Below, in pieces: positions 1-9,372 of a stretch of 64,000 nt of DNA (the stretch's first letter is position 1; each line of letters opens with the position of its first letter). Below the pieces are notes generated by a model that saw only the letters and a list, made by a program, of their open reading frames with translations, was not told where the DNA came from and searched no databases. Origin of the DNA: a virus (taxonomy: Duplodnaviria; Caudoviricetes); the IMG/VR virus record IMGVR_UViG_3300037501_000255. The stretch is one strand, 5' to 3'. Made by a program: the position numbers and the translations under genes.

Positions 1-793
1 TCTTTGATGAACCAGAATTGATATTTCTAAATTGTAATATATGGTCAACTTTCTGCTTAAAAGGCCCTACACCACCTGCGCCGACATTTGCACCGGTATT
101 TGCTTCACCTGAGTTTCCAACGTAATTATCGCGGATAAATTTTATTGTGAATCGTACATCCGTGCATGACACTACCTGTGATAATATCACAGATACCGTT
201 TGTCCAATTGCAAATGTATTGCTTGTGGAGTGGATCTGGGTTTCCTCGGTTGAGGAGACTAGGTTGGGAGCACCCCCAAGTACAATACCGTCAATATACC
301 CATCAAGTCGGCAATTTCCTGTACCGGATTGAGTTGTGATCGATTCTATTATGCCAGCAAATGGCGCATAGGTAATTAAGAAATATTCCTTATTATCAGG
401 GGTTTCTATGTGGGCACTAATAAAGTCCGGATTTTCTCCGGTAGCCGCGCCCCACCGCAAGCCGGTAGCCTGAGTGGAGTCCGCTATGAGTAGATAGCCA
501 TCTGCACCGACTTCTAGCTTGGCTAGGTCTGTGCTGTCACGTGTAAGCAAATCACCTGGATCTGTAAGTAGATAGGCTCCGCCAGCGCCCCCAATTCCAC
601 CCTCGAGCGCATCAAGGCGTGAGCGTACAGTACCATGCGTGCTGCTGGGGTTAATCCCTAGCTCGGTTTCTACCGCGACCACGGCGTTGCGTATCCGATT
701 GACATCATCGGCGCGAACCGGGCTAATCAAATCATAAACAAGTGGGAGCTGGGCATAGCCATCTATCCCCAGCGGGTATATTGTACCAGCCAT
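1..793 (-). CDS. Fiber-like virion structural protein, partial (runs off the left window edge; absent from the ORF track)
   Basis: Manual translation from ATG at 793 is open to base 1: MAGTIYPLGIDGYAQLPLVYDLISPVRADDVNRIRNAVVAVETELGINPSSTHGTVRSRLDALEGG...ANTGANVGAGGVGPFKQKVDHILQFRNINSG. It is Gly/Thr-rich with three DGY motifs, like the neighbouring fiber-like genes. Confidence 0.75.
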   Translation of the reverse strand, partial: MAGTIYPLGIDGYAQLPLVYDLISPVRADDVNRIRNAVVAVETELGINPSSTHGTVRSRLDALEGGIGGAGGAYLLTDPGDLLTRDSTDLAKLEVGADGYLLIADSTQATGLRWGAATGENPDFISAHIETPDNKEYFLITYAPFAGIIESITTQSGTGNCRLDGYIDGIVLGGAPNLVSSTEETQIHSTSNTFAIGQTVSVILSQVVSCTDVRFTIKFIRDNYVGNSGEANTGANVGAGGVGPFKQKVDHILQFRNINSGSSK

Positions 794-829
794 AGAACAC
801 CAGATAGTCTAACTGGTATATGTATTATT

Positions 830-837
830 TATTAGTA
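830..837 (-). promoter_or_regulatory. TACTAATA intergenic motif (candidate late promoter/operator)
   Basis: 1 nt after the stop of 839..1147 and 37 nt upstream of the ATG at 793; recurs in other gaps. Confidence 0.35.
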
Positions 838-838
838 A

Positions 839-1147
839 TCACACATCTGCTGCACCAGTATATTCCGGCAGCGTTTTTAGCCAGTTATATACCTGCGTGT
901 GCATATTTTCATCGACAGTTGGATCATACCCTGTCATGGAGAAGTACCGGCGCTCGATTACAGGAGTGATGCCGTCTTGGCTTTTTATCAAATCTGCAAA
1001 CACTCCAACGCACACATATATGTTTGATGGAGATGTAAATTGGGCCTCTAGAACCTTGTGCACTGCGTCCGGCGCAGTTAGGCCATTTGCAAATGTTGCT
1101 GATAATTGTAATGACATATTTACTCCTGATTTAGTGAGGCCACCCAA
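839..1147 (-). CDS. Small tail-fiber-associated/assembly-like protein
   Basis: The C-terminal QVYNWLKTLPEYTGAADV resembles small phage proteins found beside fiber genes. The likely start is ATG at 1117 (MSLQL). Confidence 0.5.
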   Translation of the reverse strand: MGGLTKSGVNMSLQLSATFANGLTAPDAVHKVLEAQFTSPSNIYVCVGVFADLIKSQDGITPVIERRYFSMTGYDPTVDENMHTQVYNWLKTLPEYTGAADV

Positions 1148-1311
1148 TTATCCACTTCATCTCTAAGGTCTGGGTTAGCTTCATCTAGTCTTGATAGTTG
1201 AAGATTGAAAATTCTCATCTCTCTTCTTTTAAAGGGCGAATCTGGCAGCATAGTTATGTGTTCTATGTTTTTTATTATATCGTATCTTTGCCGTATAAGT
1301 TCCTGGTCCAT
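1120..1311 (-). CDS. Hypothetical protein (63 aa)
   Basis: Co-oriented ORF filling the gap between genes, with a GAGGG RBS-like sequence upstream. Confidence 0.55.
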   Translation of the reverse strand: MDQELIRQRYDIIKNIEHITMLPDSPFKRREMRIFNLQLSRLDEANPDLRDEVDNWVASLNQE

Positions 1312-1320
1312 CGTACCCTC

Positions 1321-3492
1321 TCAGATTATATCCCATCCACTGCCATATGATTGCAGTGTTATCGAAGTATATTGAACTGTAACGTTGTATGTGGCAGCGG
1401 CGTCTATCGTATCGAGCCCGCTGGCTACAATAGAGACGTTATTCGATGATGCGTCGACTTTTTTGATTACATATACTCTGCCTGTGCATGTCGCCGCAGC
1501 TGGCAGGGTAATGGTTTTGGGGCCGGAAGTAGCATCTACTCTAACCGTATGATATGATGCATCGAGAGTTGTATCTGTGCTTATTGTAGCAGTGGCCTTG
1601 GTTATAGATCCTAATACACGTAGTTCATTGGTGGATGCATATCCGTCGATTAATATATTTTGAGATACTGAAATATTTGATTCTAAATGTGTGAAGTCTG
1701 ATCTGAACCATGCTTTTTCGTCTCCATCCACAGTTACGCGCAAACCCGGCACTGGTGTGTTGTCAGCGGTAAGGCGCGTGGCCGTCGCTCCTGCAAAAGA
1801 TAGCCATGTATTGGCAGCTATGCTGGTTGCACCGCCACCCCAGGTCTGTACAATTTGCCCATCAGCCATCATGGTGATGCCCCAGGTGGGCTCATCTAAA
1901 GCTAAGAAGTTGCCATTGACACCCCATGTGCCAGAATAATTTCCTATACCCGGCACTCCCGCACTTCCCGGAATATTTCCAAAAATACGAATGTAGCGAT
2001 CTCCATAAGGTTCGGCTGGGTCATGTACTTGTAATTCATTTGGCCTAAACTCTGCCAGAATCCTGCCAGTTGCTGCTGGCGCCGTACCTACCGTGCCTGA
2101 ATCTACAATGGTTAAGGCCGAGCTATCTGAGGCGACCTGATTTTTCGCACCTATGATAGTTGCGTGCCTGAATGACGAACCATATGGAATGCTATCGTCC
2201 TGTCCAAGCATTGCAAAGTTGCCGTCTGCTCTGAAACCAAATCCCGATCCTGTATCTCCGATCATGGAGAGGCTGCCGCCCCATGTGGGCATAGATAGAG
2301 GGGTCGGCACATTTGCTAGTGTAATTGCGCCGGTCATCGGGCTATTTGCACCATCAAGTCTTAGATAGAACCCCGCTAATGAATTGATACCTGTTAGATA
2401 GGAGTTGTCTGGTAGTACTATTCCAGACGAGGTTTTTATGTAACCATCAACATCAAGTCTGGCCGATGGCGTTGATGTAGCCAAGCCTATATATCCATCA
2501 TCTGTAATTGTTATGGCATTACTTGTGCCGGATATTACAAAGTTTCCTGAACTATCTAGTCCTAGTTTCCAGTCTGCGTCTGCACCGACCTCGGCAGCTG
2601 TACCCACAAGGTGTAGTGATGATGGTCCGAAATAACCGTCCTTCCAACGCAATGAAGGTGCTCCTACTGAGCGGGTCAAGTCTGTATTCGGTAACAGATC
2701 TTGATTTATTGATGTTATACCGAGATTTGACAGCGAAGTATTTGCTCCGCCAGAGATACCGAGTATATGCTCAGCAATATCATCAATTGCATCTGCAATT
2801 CTAGTTGTCGACGTAAAGCCGAAATATCCATCAGAAAAGTATCCGTCAGAAGGTTGTCCTAGAAGTAGTGATTCAGATATGATATTTGTCAGAGCGTCTA
2901 GTGCTGTATAACCATCTGCATTTGTTTTATATATAACAACTACGTCGGTTTTGAGATCTGTGCCTGGTAGTGTGTACAATTTGTTTGATACGACACTCTT
3001 CTTTTTATATTCTACAAAATATCCGGCAATCCTACCGCTGCTGCTCATTTGAGCTGTGAGCTTGCCATTTGAATTGACGTACAATTCTGTGTTTGGTAGC
3101 AGGGTATGATTTATCGATGAATCCAGGGCATCTATGCTGATGGTATAAAAACCCTCTGTGCCCCATATAGTAGCTTTACTGCTAACTTGCTCGTATGATA
3201 TGATGCCATATCCGGTTGAGAAGAGCGATGTTTGCTCTGTTGCCACTCCTGATAGACCGCCGCCATTTGCACTGGGATCAGCAAAAAAGAATGGCCCTGC
3301 GTCATCGGAGTTGGCCAGTCTGAATCCGGTTCTATCCGTATCGACATATATATCTGTTGCAGATTTTTCTACCACAGATACTGCTTTCTTATCGAAGACA
3401 ACGACCTCGCCACCTTTAATAAGGCTTAGTTGACTATCATCGAAGTCAAACTGCCCAAGTGGTATGAGTCCGGATTGAAATGGCTTAATCAT
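1321..3492 (-). CDS. Capsid-decoration-like domain fused to a fiber (putative head fiber)
   Basis: The N-terminus (PFQSGLIPLGQFDFDDSQLSLIKGGEVVVF...SKATIWGTEGFY...LYVNSNGKLT) aligns by eye with ORFs 18104..18817 and 25025..25711. The C-terminus is a typical phage fiber end domain (TTLDASYHTVRVDATSGPKTITLPAAATCTGRVYVIKKVD...GWDII). Confidence 0.65.
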   Translation of the reverse strand: MIKPFQSGLIPLGQFDFDDSQLSLIKGGEVVVFDKKAVSVVEKSATDIYVDTDRTGFRLANSDDAGPFFFADPSANGGGLSGVATEQTSLFSTGYGIISYEQVSSKATIWGTEGFYTISIDALDSSINHTLLPNTELYVNSNGKLTAQMSSSGRIAGYFVEYKKKSVVSNKLYTLPGTDLKTDVVVIYKTNADGYTALDALTNIISESLLLGQPSDGYFSDGYFGFTSTTRIADAIDDIAEHILGISGGANTSLSNLGITSINQDLLPNTDLTRSVGAPSLRWKDGYFGPSSLHLVGTAAEVGADADWKLGLDSSGNFVISGTSNAITITDDGYIGLATSTPSARLDVDGYIKTSSGIVLPDNSYLTGINSLAGFYLRLDGANSPMTGAITLANVPTPLSMPTWGGSLSMIGDTGSGFGFRADGNFAMLGQDDSIPYGSSFRHATIIGAKNQVASDSSALTIVDSGTVGTAPAATGRILAEFRPNELQVHDPAEPYGDRYIRIFGNIPGSAGVPGIGNYSGTWGVNGNFLALDEPTWGITMMADGQIVQTWGGGATSIAANTWLSFAGATATRLTADNTPVPGLRVTVDGDEKAWFRSDFTHLESNISVSQNILIDGYASTNELRVLGSITKATATISTDTTLDASYHTVRVDATSGPKTITLPAAATCTGRVYVIKKVDASSNNVSIVASGLDTIDAAATYNVTVQYTSITLQSYGSGWDII

Positions 3493-3495
3493 TGT

Positions 3496-3711
3496 TTATA
3501 TTCCTGGTAATCCTGACTTAAGCTTCCCTATCTTAGCCTCGGCTTCCTGTCGCGCTTTTCTTATTCTTTCTTCTATATCTGCACCAAGATCTTTTGTAGA
3601 TTGTCTTGCTGGCAATGCCTGAGTGGAACCGGAGGCGATGATGCTTGCCAGCTTTGATAATGTAATATTCATTTGCTTAAGTTCATTCAGTATTTGTTCA
3701 TTTATATCCAT
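3496..3711 (-). CDS. Hypothetical coiled-coil protein
   Basis: Tightly packed co-oriented ORF of 71 aa. Confidence 0.6.
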   Translation of the reverse strand: MDINEQILNELKQMNITLSKLASIIASGSTQALPARQSTKDLGADIEERIRKARQEAEAKIGKLKSGLPGI

Positions 3712-3715
3712 ATGA

Positions 3716-4024
3716 CTATCCTCTTATCTCTGCAAGTCCAGATGGTAGAAGTATTATTCCCTCTCTGATTTGATACGGCTCACCTCGTCTGTGCCAGAAT
3801 AGGCGCACTCCGCTACTAGTGAGATATCTGCCCTCGATAATTCTATCTCCGGCGTGCACTTCATTGTGGCATGAGCCGCAGATATGCGCAATATTAGACG
3901 GCAAGTCTGTGCATCGCGGATCTGTCCGCGGAATCATGTGGTGCCGCTCGATAGCCGAGCGGCTATACAGAGCGCACATTTCACAAGTATTCTGACTGTG
4001 TTGCATAATAAATTCGTCGTCCAC
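3716..4024 (-). CDS. Small HNH-family nuclease
   Basis: CxxC...HHMIP...SNIAHICGSCHNEVH matches the HNH motif with Zn-binding cysteines. Confidence 0.75.
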   Translation of the reverse strand: MDDEFIMQHSQNTCEMCALYSRSAIERHHMIPRTDPRCTDLPSNIAHICGSCHNEVHAGDRIIEGRYLTSSGVRLFWHRRGEPYQIREGIILLPSGLAEIRG

Positions 4025-4054
4025 TATTTCAAATTTTTTTGCAGAAAAAGCGAT

Positions 4055-4885
4055 CTATAAGATCACGGGGCCGCCGGGGGAATATACCTTCCCGTGCTTC
4101 TTCAGCCACCCGGATACTGCTTCATATCCCTCACTGATCATATCCAGGACATCAGCCTCGGTCATCCCAAGATTTAAACCACCATGCTTACTTTTAATCA
4201 GGATCACCCTGTGATCTGGCACATCTTCTATACGCTCAGCAGCATTGGCCTCTAGCATAGTATCAATTACTGCACTTGTATAATCAAATGCATTTCTGAT
4301 TGGATCATATTTTCCCTTGACAGATTTAAACCGTATACCTATGACCTGGGCTTCGCTACCGAAATAATCGATCATGAAATTTCCGGCTAGTCCACCATCA
4401 ACATAAGTCTCACCATCCAGTTTAACTGGCACAAAAACCCCTGGTATAGACATACTCGCACGCACAGCTAGAGATACATCCATATCAGGATGCTTATTTG
4501 TGCTGAATACCCGCATTTCTCTACGATCTATATTGCACGTGACTACATGGAGCGGTATCTTTGTATCCTTAAACTTTTTGACAAGATATTTATCCAATGT
4601 CTCCTCGATCTTTTCGCCTTTTATGAATCCCCATTTTGTCATTAGAGCCCAAATTGATGGATCTACCAATTTATTTTTAGCTGGTAAGGTCTTCTTGACC
4701 ATCTCAATTAATTCGCCATTCGGCTTATATCCCGACGCTAGTGCTGCTGCAATAATTGCGCCGCCACTAGTACCCACAACCTCTTCAAATTCAAAACCCG
4801 CCTCAGCAAGCCGTATAACAGCTCCAACATGTGCGGGATATAAGGTACCTGAACCAGACAATACTAGTTTAATTTTTTTTGACAT
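4055..4885 (-). CDS. Patatin-like phospholipase
   Basis: Gly-rich loop LVLSGSGT, nucleophile elbow GTSGG (GxSxG) and catalytic Asp in YVDGG. Confidence 0.9.
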   Translation of the reverse strand: MSKKIKLVLSGSGTLYPAHVGAVIRLAEAGFEFEEVVGTSGGAIIAAALASGYKPNGELIEMVKKTLPAKNKLVDPSIWALMTKWGFIKGEKIEETLDKYLVKKFKDTKIPLHVVTCNIDRREMRVFSTNKHPDMDVSLAVRASMSIPGVFVPVKLDGETYVDGGLAGNFMIDYFGSEAQVIGIRFKSVKGKYDPIRNAFDYTSAVIDTMLEANAAERIEDVPDHRVILIKSKHGGLNLGMTEADVLDMISEGYEAVSGWLKKHGKVYSPGGPVIL

Positions 4886-4902
4886 AAAATCCTCGAAATA
4901 TG

Positions 4903-5061
4903 TTAAGTGCCGGCCTCGCCCGCGCGCTTAGCTTTTTTAATCAATGATTCAACAACGGTCTTAGTAAGGCCTAACTCTTTAACTTTTATCTTTTTAATAG
5001 GTTCAGCGACCGACTCCTGCGCAGTCCCAGATGAACTAATATCAATTAATTTTATTTTCAT
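4903..5061 (-). CDS. Small basic hypothetical protein (52 aa; absent from the ORF track)
   Basis: Manual translation MKIKLIDISSSGTAQESVAEPIKKIKVKELGLTKTVVESLIKKAKRAGEAGT. It has an ATGA overlap with the stop of 5058..5786 and fills the gap before the patatin. Confidence 0.55.
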   Translation of the reverse strand: MKIKLIDISSSGTAQESVAEPIKKIKVKELGLTKTVVESLIKKAKRAGEAGT

Positions 5062-5786
5062 GACACATCCTCATACCATCTATATAGAATACCTATCCTA
5101 ACATCAGATACTCCAACGCTAGTATAAGTTGTTCGCAAGAAAAGCCCACTCGCCACGGGAGCTACTGTAGGCATAATGATGTTATCGTTGTAATCTCCTT
5201 CTGGAACATGGTAACTATCAACATACTTGACTAGTTCAATTGGAGTTCCTACTGGTAAACCGTACAACGTATGCAATCCTAGGATATTATTTTTATCAAC
5301 AACACTAAAGCTCACCTCATCCCCATCAGCCGCACCGCGAATCCAGAATTGGCCACCTTGTATTAGCGATTGATTAGTAATCTCTACATCTAGTATAGTC
5401 GAAGTTCCTGCTGCAGCAGCAAGCCTATATCCTTTAAGACGAGCATGCTCACTGGTAGTTAGAAATGTTGGTGAATATACAGGGTGACCGTACGTAACAC
5501 CATCGCCAGCGCGCGGCTGCACGCTACGATTACACAGCGCCTTGCTATTTGTTTCAAAATCTGAAACCCACGCATCATTATCAACTTGAGCTATACCAAT
5601 ATTTTGTGGAACAGCTCCTCGGTATAACGTTGCGGTATATACAATTGGGCCGTCAAAAGCAAAAATTTCGTAAATATCTGCATATTCATCAAGCTGCATC
5701 AACATGAATTTTGAATTACATATAGACTTAAAGTCTGGCCAGGTTTTAGGTATGCTGACGAAGCCGGAACCAATCATCACTGTCAT
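5058..5786 (-). CDS. Putative virion structural protein
   Basis: Beta-rich 242-aa ORF translationally coupled within the fiber gene cluster. Confidence 0.55.
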   Translation of the reverse strand: MTVMIGSGFVSIPKTWPDFKSICNSKFMLMQLDEYADIYEIFAFDGPIVYTATLYRGAVPQNIGIAQVDNDAWVSDFETNSKALCNRSVQPRAGDGVTYGHPVYSPTFLTTSEHARLKGYRLAAAAGTSTILDVEITNQSLIQGGQFWIRGAADGDEVSFSVVDKNNILGLHTLYGLPVGTPIELVKYVDSYHVPEGDYNDNIIMPTVAPVASGLFLRTTYTSVGVSDVRIGILYRWYEDVS

Positions 5787-6970
5787 AGGCTGCTCTCCGC
5801 AAATTCTATAATATAACTTACTGAACCACTAGTATTATTTGTAACATTCCGCAATGCCATACCCTCGCCCGCTCGGAATGTGAGCGGAGCTACGTCATTT
5901 TTCACCGAGAAGATCTCGCCATTGACAGCGAATGCTAGAGCATTAAACCAGTTGGCATTGGCTAGATTTACTTGATTAATTGAAGCGAAGAACCTGCGTA
6001 TGATATAAGATTCGGTAACAGTCGTATCGTTAGTAAAAGATTGCATAACTGATCCCGCAGAAGAGGTATCAAACTTTCTGATAGGTACGGATGTGCCACC
6101 GCTACGATTAGTTATGAAGGCTATATATTCATCTAGCGTGGCCGACTGATTACCGGCATTTTGCCAATTGAGCACATAAACGTTCTCGACCTCTAGTAAC
6201 TTACCGCTGCCCAATGGATTAAATAGTGTGCCCATATATTTGTTGGCCGCTGGTACAATACGGTCAAACAGTATATAGTAGTGCGGCTTGGTGCTCGACG
6301 TAACGTTAACCTGTAACGGCGGCTGATCGCTAGCCATAGTTACAGGGATAGATAGGGCCGCACTTTTCTGCCCTACGGTGGGGGCAGTAGAGCCAAGCCA
6401 GGCACCAACATTGGAATCCAGCCTACCCCCAACTAATGAGGCAGGAAGTCGAGTTTCAAGCTCGCTCCTTATATCTTTAAGGCGCCCAAGAACAGTATAG
6501 GCCGCAGGAGTAACCTGCACCTCGCCCATACGAGCCTCAAATTCCGCTTCTGTCAATAATGTAGAGAGCGTTGCCTCAGAAGCGCGAGTTGACATTGTAA
6601 CATCTAAATTAGATGGATTTTGAATAGCCGCGCGACCACTAGAGTCAATATCCAGAATATTGCTACCGCTAACCACCTGCGTTTTTTGAGATCCGGCGGT
6701 TAGTGTAATGTCAAGCGCAAGCCCTCCCGTAGCACCAATATTGGCAGCAACAGTTCCAGATATCGGCTGTATAGTTGTTCCGGATGGATCAATTTTCAAA
6801 GTACCATCTGCTGCAACTCTTAGTAGTCGTATGGTGCCAGAATCACTTCCGCCTACCAACACTCCGCTTGCATTGGCAGGAATACTAGAATTGGACTTCA
6901 CTACAGCCGAGTACCCGTCCGCGTTCACGATTTCAACAGACGGCTGATTTAATACGACAACTCCAGACAT
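5783..6970 (-). CDS. Fiber-like virion structural protein
   Basis: Ser/Thr/Gly/Ala-rich, with a DGY motif and a beta-sandwich-like C-terminus; located in the fiber cluster. Confidence 0.6.
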   Translation of the reverse strand: MSGVVVLNQPSVEIVNADGYSAVVKSNSSIPANASGVLVGGSDSGTIRLLRVAADGTLKIDPSGTTIQPISGTVAANIGATGGLALDITLTAGSQKTQVVSGSNILDIDSSGRAAIQNPSNLDVTMSTRASEATLSTLLTEAEFEARMGEVQVTPAAYTVLGRLKDIRSELETRLPASLVGGRLDSNVGAWLGSTAPTVGQKSAALSIPVTMASDQPPLQVNVTSSTKPHYYILFDRIVPAANKYMGTLFNPLGSGKLLEVENVYVLNWQNAGNQSATLDEYIAFITNRSGGTSVPIRKFDTSSAGSVMQSFTNDTTVTESYIIRRFFASINQVNLANANWFNALAFAVNGEIFSVKNDVAPLTFRAGEGMALRNVTNNTSGSVSYIIEFAESSL

Positions 6971-7926
6971 TACGGCGTCTCCACATTACTTATACTTGAT
7001 ACAATATTGCCATTATAGGCATAGGTGCTAGTTAACCTCTGTATTTCTACACCTGCTGCGTCATATTGAATAGCCACTTGCTGATATATTTTATTGCCGA
7101 TATATGTGTACTGGTATTCCCGAATTTTTGTAGTCATTGAGACATTTGTATATGTAGTTATAGATGCAACTTTATTACCATCATATATTATGTTTTCATA
7201 ACTATCCTCTGATATGTTATGCACAAGACTATCAATGTTTTCATGATAAGGTTCTGTAATCCCGCCACTAGTAATTGCAGAATCTAACTCTTCAATTGCC
7301 CCCTGTATATCAGTAGCCGTTACATTCGTCAAGCCAGTAGGGTCGATGCCAATGGTAGAGGCTCCAGTCGGATGGTAGATCGATAAGACGCCCACACCAA
7401 TACTAGATGGTAGCGATTCGACGGTGGTTAATACGGTCTGACTATCCACAGATGCAATCGTATATGTGCCAGCAGCTGCACCGCCAACAATAACAATTAT
7501 ATCTCCAGGATACGCTCGCCACAGCTCAAACTTAGCATTATTACATACAATTGTTTTTGTAAATGATGTTGTAGATGAAACCTGTACCGGAAATACACCA
7601 TCATATATGACAACATCTTTATTTGATGATATTAGTTCAGATGATGTAACATACTGCTCTTGTATCGCAAAAACTGAAAAGTTCTGCTGTAGCAGCATAT
7701 ACGGGTCATAATCATAGCCATCGACAGCGGTTTCGCCATAATCCTGGCTGCCTATTTTTAATGTTAACAGGCCATCACTTATAGCGGTAGTTAGATCGCT
7801 ACTGTTTGCTATTTCATCAGCGCTAAAATCTGTAGCCAGGTCATAATCTACTGCCGGGTGAGCTAGGAATATGCCCAGGTCTTTAACTAACACATCGGAT
7901 GATACTGTGCTAACCAAAAATTGCAT
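6970..7926 (-). CDS. Virion structural protein (N-terminal domain shared with 8018..9316)
   Basis: LVKDLG...FSADEIANSSDLTTAISDGLL matches LISDLG...FTADELKNSYDLYMAITDGYL. The C-terminus is Tyr-rich and YD-repeat-like. Confidence 0.6.
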   Translation of the reverse strand: MQFLVSTVSSDVLVKDLGIFLAHPAVDYDLATDFSADEIANSSDLTTAISDGLLTLKIGSQDYGETAVDGYDYDPYMLLQQNFSVFAIQEQYVTSSELISSNKDVVIYDGVFPVQVSSTTSFTKTIVCNNAKFELWRAYPGDIIVIVGGAAAGTYTIASVDSQTVLTTVESLPSSIGVGVLSIYHPTGASTIGIDPTGLTNVTATDIQGAIEELDSAITSGGITEPYHENIDSLVHNISEDSYENIIYDGNKVASITTYTNVSMTTKIREYQYTYIGNKIYQQVAIQYDAAGVEIQRLTSTYAYNGNIVSSISNVETP

Positions 7927-7929
7927 AAT

Positions 7930-7994
7930 CTTCCCATATTGAAGTAAGCGGGCTCATAAACGGTACAGTGGGAAGTTGTGCCGTTTACGAGCCC
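7930..7994 (-). promoter_or_regulatory. Long intergenic hairpin whose loop is complementary to the downstream RBS (candidate pseudoknot)
   Basis: Stem 7950-7967/7977-7994 is about 17 bp with one mismatch. On the minus strand the loop reads ACUUCCCAC, and CUUCCCA pairs with UGGGAAG at 7930-7936, just before the ATG at 7926. Confidence 0.45.
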
Positions 7995-8017
7995 ACTATC
8001 ATACTGCTAGGCTATAT

Positions 8018-9316
8018 TTATACTCTCCAGGCAATTTCTACAGCTGCCAGAGGCTGCGGCACTGCCGTGCCGTTGCAATAGAGCTGTATTTCATCGCCGG
8101 CACTGATATCTACGTTTGTAGAAGTTGTGCTACTGCCAGCAACTGCCGTAAGTGTTAGTGAGGCAATTGGGGTGACAACACCATTCTTGCGCACTTCCAG
8201 TGTCCACGTATGGGCGCTATCGGTCTGGGCTACCAGGCCAACAATGGTTCCATTACGCATGGCGCGATACCCTGTACTGCTCGACGCCAGACCATCCGGT
8301 CCGCGCAGATAAAGATTCGTAGCATTACCATTACGAGCAGCCCACCACATCTGGCGCTCAACAGAGAGCCACTTGGAACGAGTACCATCGTATACATACA
8401 GTATGCCACCGATAAACGAAGTCTTCCCATCAACGCCTGTCGGTGGAGAGACATCAACTGGGAGTATGATTTCGCCAGTCGTAAAGTCAAACGTACCAGA
8501 AACAACGTTGCGCGCTGCGTTGCCAGATAGCAATGCATATTGAGTATGATCATCATCGAGCATGCCGGTAAGCACGCCGTGGTCGGTGACGGAGCTAGTC
8601 GTATCCGTCAGCTCTACCCAGGATAGGCCGTCGTAGAATACGAGATAACCATCATCACTATCAAATGCAATTTCGCCAGCTGCCGGAGTTGCAAAGTTCG
8701 CTGCTGGATCCGTATCGGACGGCAGACCCAGGCGCCCACCAGAGGCATCGAGAGTACCGTTTAGATCAATGCTGCCAGTTACTGTATTGCGGGCAGCATT
8801 ACCTGATAGCAGCAAATATTGAGTGTGGTCATCATCAAGCAGACCGCTAAGCTGGTCGTGCGAAGTGAGGTCACCACCCTCAGACAATTGAACATATTTT
8901 GACTCATAGCCATCATAAAATACCAGATAGCCATCATCTGTGTCATAGAAGAAGTCACCAGCTAGGGTTGGGACCCATCCGGATTGACGATTTGGGATAG
9001 TAAGGCGACCGTCACGAAGATCGAAATGATTGTTGCCAAAATCCTTAACAAAGGCAACGTCAGAATCAAAAGTGCCGGTTTCCTGAGCAATGCCATCTTG
9101 AGACCATTCCAGATATCCATCTGTAATAGCCATATATAGGTCATATGAATTTTTTAGCTCATCAGCAGTAAACTGGCCGTAACCATCAATTGGTCCCAGA
9201 CCATTGTGTACGCTCAGCACCGTCCATGATGCCCCTGTAAGCACTACATAACCAAGATCTGAAATTAGGAAATCAGGATCAGAGCCACCATTCCCTGTGC
9301 GGACATAAAATGACAT
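8018..9316 (-). CDS. Fiber-like virion protein with internal tandem repeat
   Basis: Two copies of AGxxxxDxDDGYLVFYDG...HxxLxGxLDDDHTQYxLLSGNAARN. The C-terminal domain is shared with 9373..10914 and 10929..12425. Confidence 0.7.
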   Translation of the reverse strand: MSFYVRTGNGGSDPDFLISDLGYVVLTGASWTVLSVHNGLGPIDGYGQFTADELKNSYDLYMAITDGYLEWSQDGIAQETGTFDSDVAFVKDFGNNHFDLRDGRLTIPNRQSGWVPTLAGDFFYDTDDGYLVFYDGYESKYVQLSEGGDLTSHDQLSGLLDDDHTQYLLLSGNAARNTVTGSIDLNGTLDASGGRLGLPSDTDPAANFATPAAGEIAFDSDDGYLVFYDGLSWVELTDTTSSVTDHGVLTGMLDDDHTQYALLSGNAARNVVSGTFDFTTGEIILPVDVSPPTGVDGKTSFIGGILYVYDGTRSKWLSVERQMWWAARNGNATNLYLRGPDGLASSSTGYRAMRNGTIVGLVAQTDSAHTWTLEVRKNGVVTPIASLTLTAVAGSSTTSTNVDISAGDEIQLYCNGTAVPQPLAAVEIAWRV

Positions 9317-9372
9317 TTAAAGCCTCCAAAAATACCCTATCATAAATCAAAGCAATGAATAATAATTAGTAG

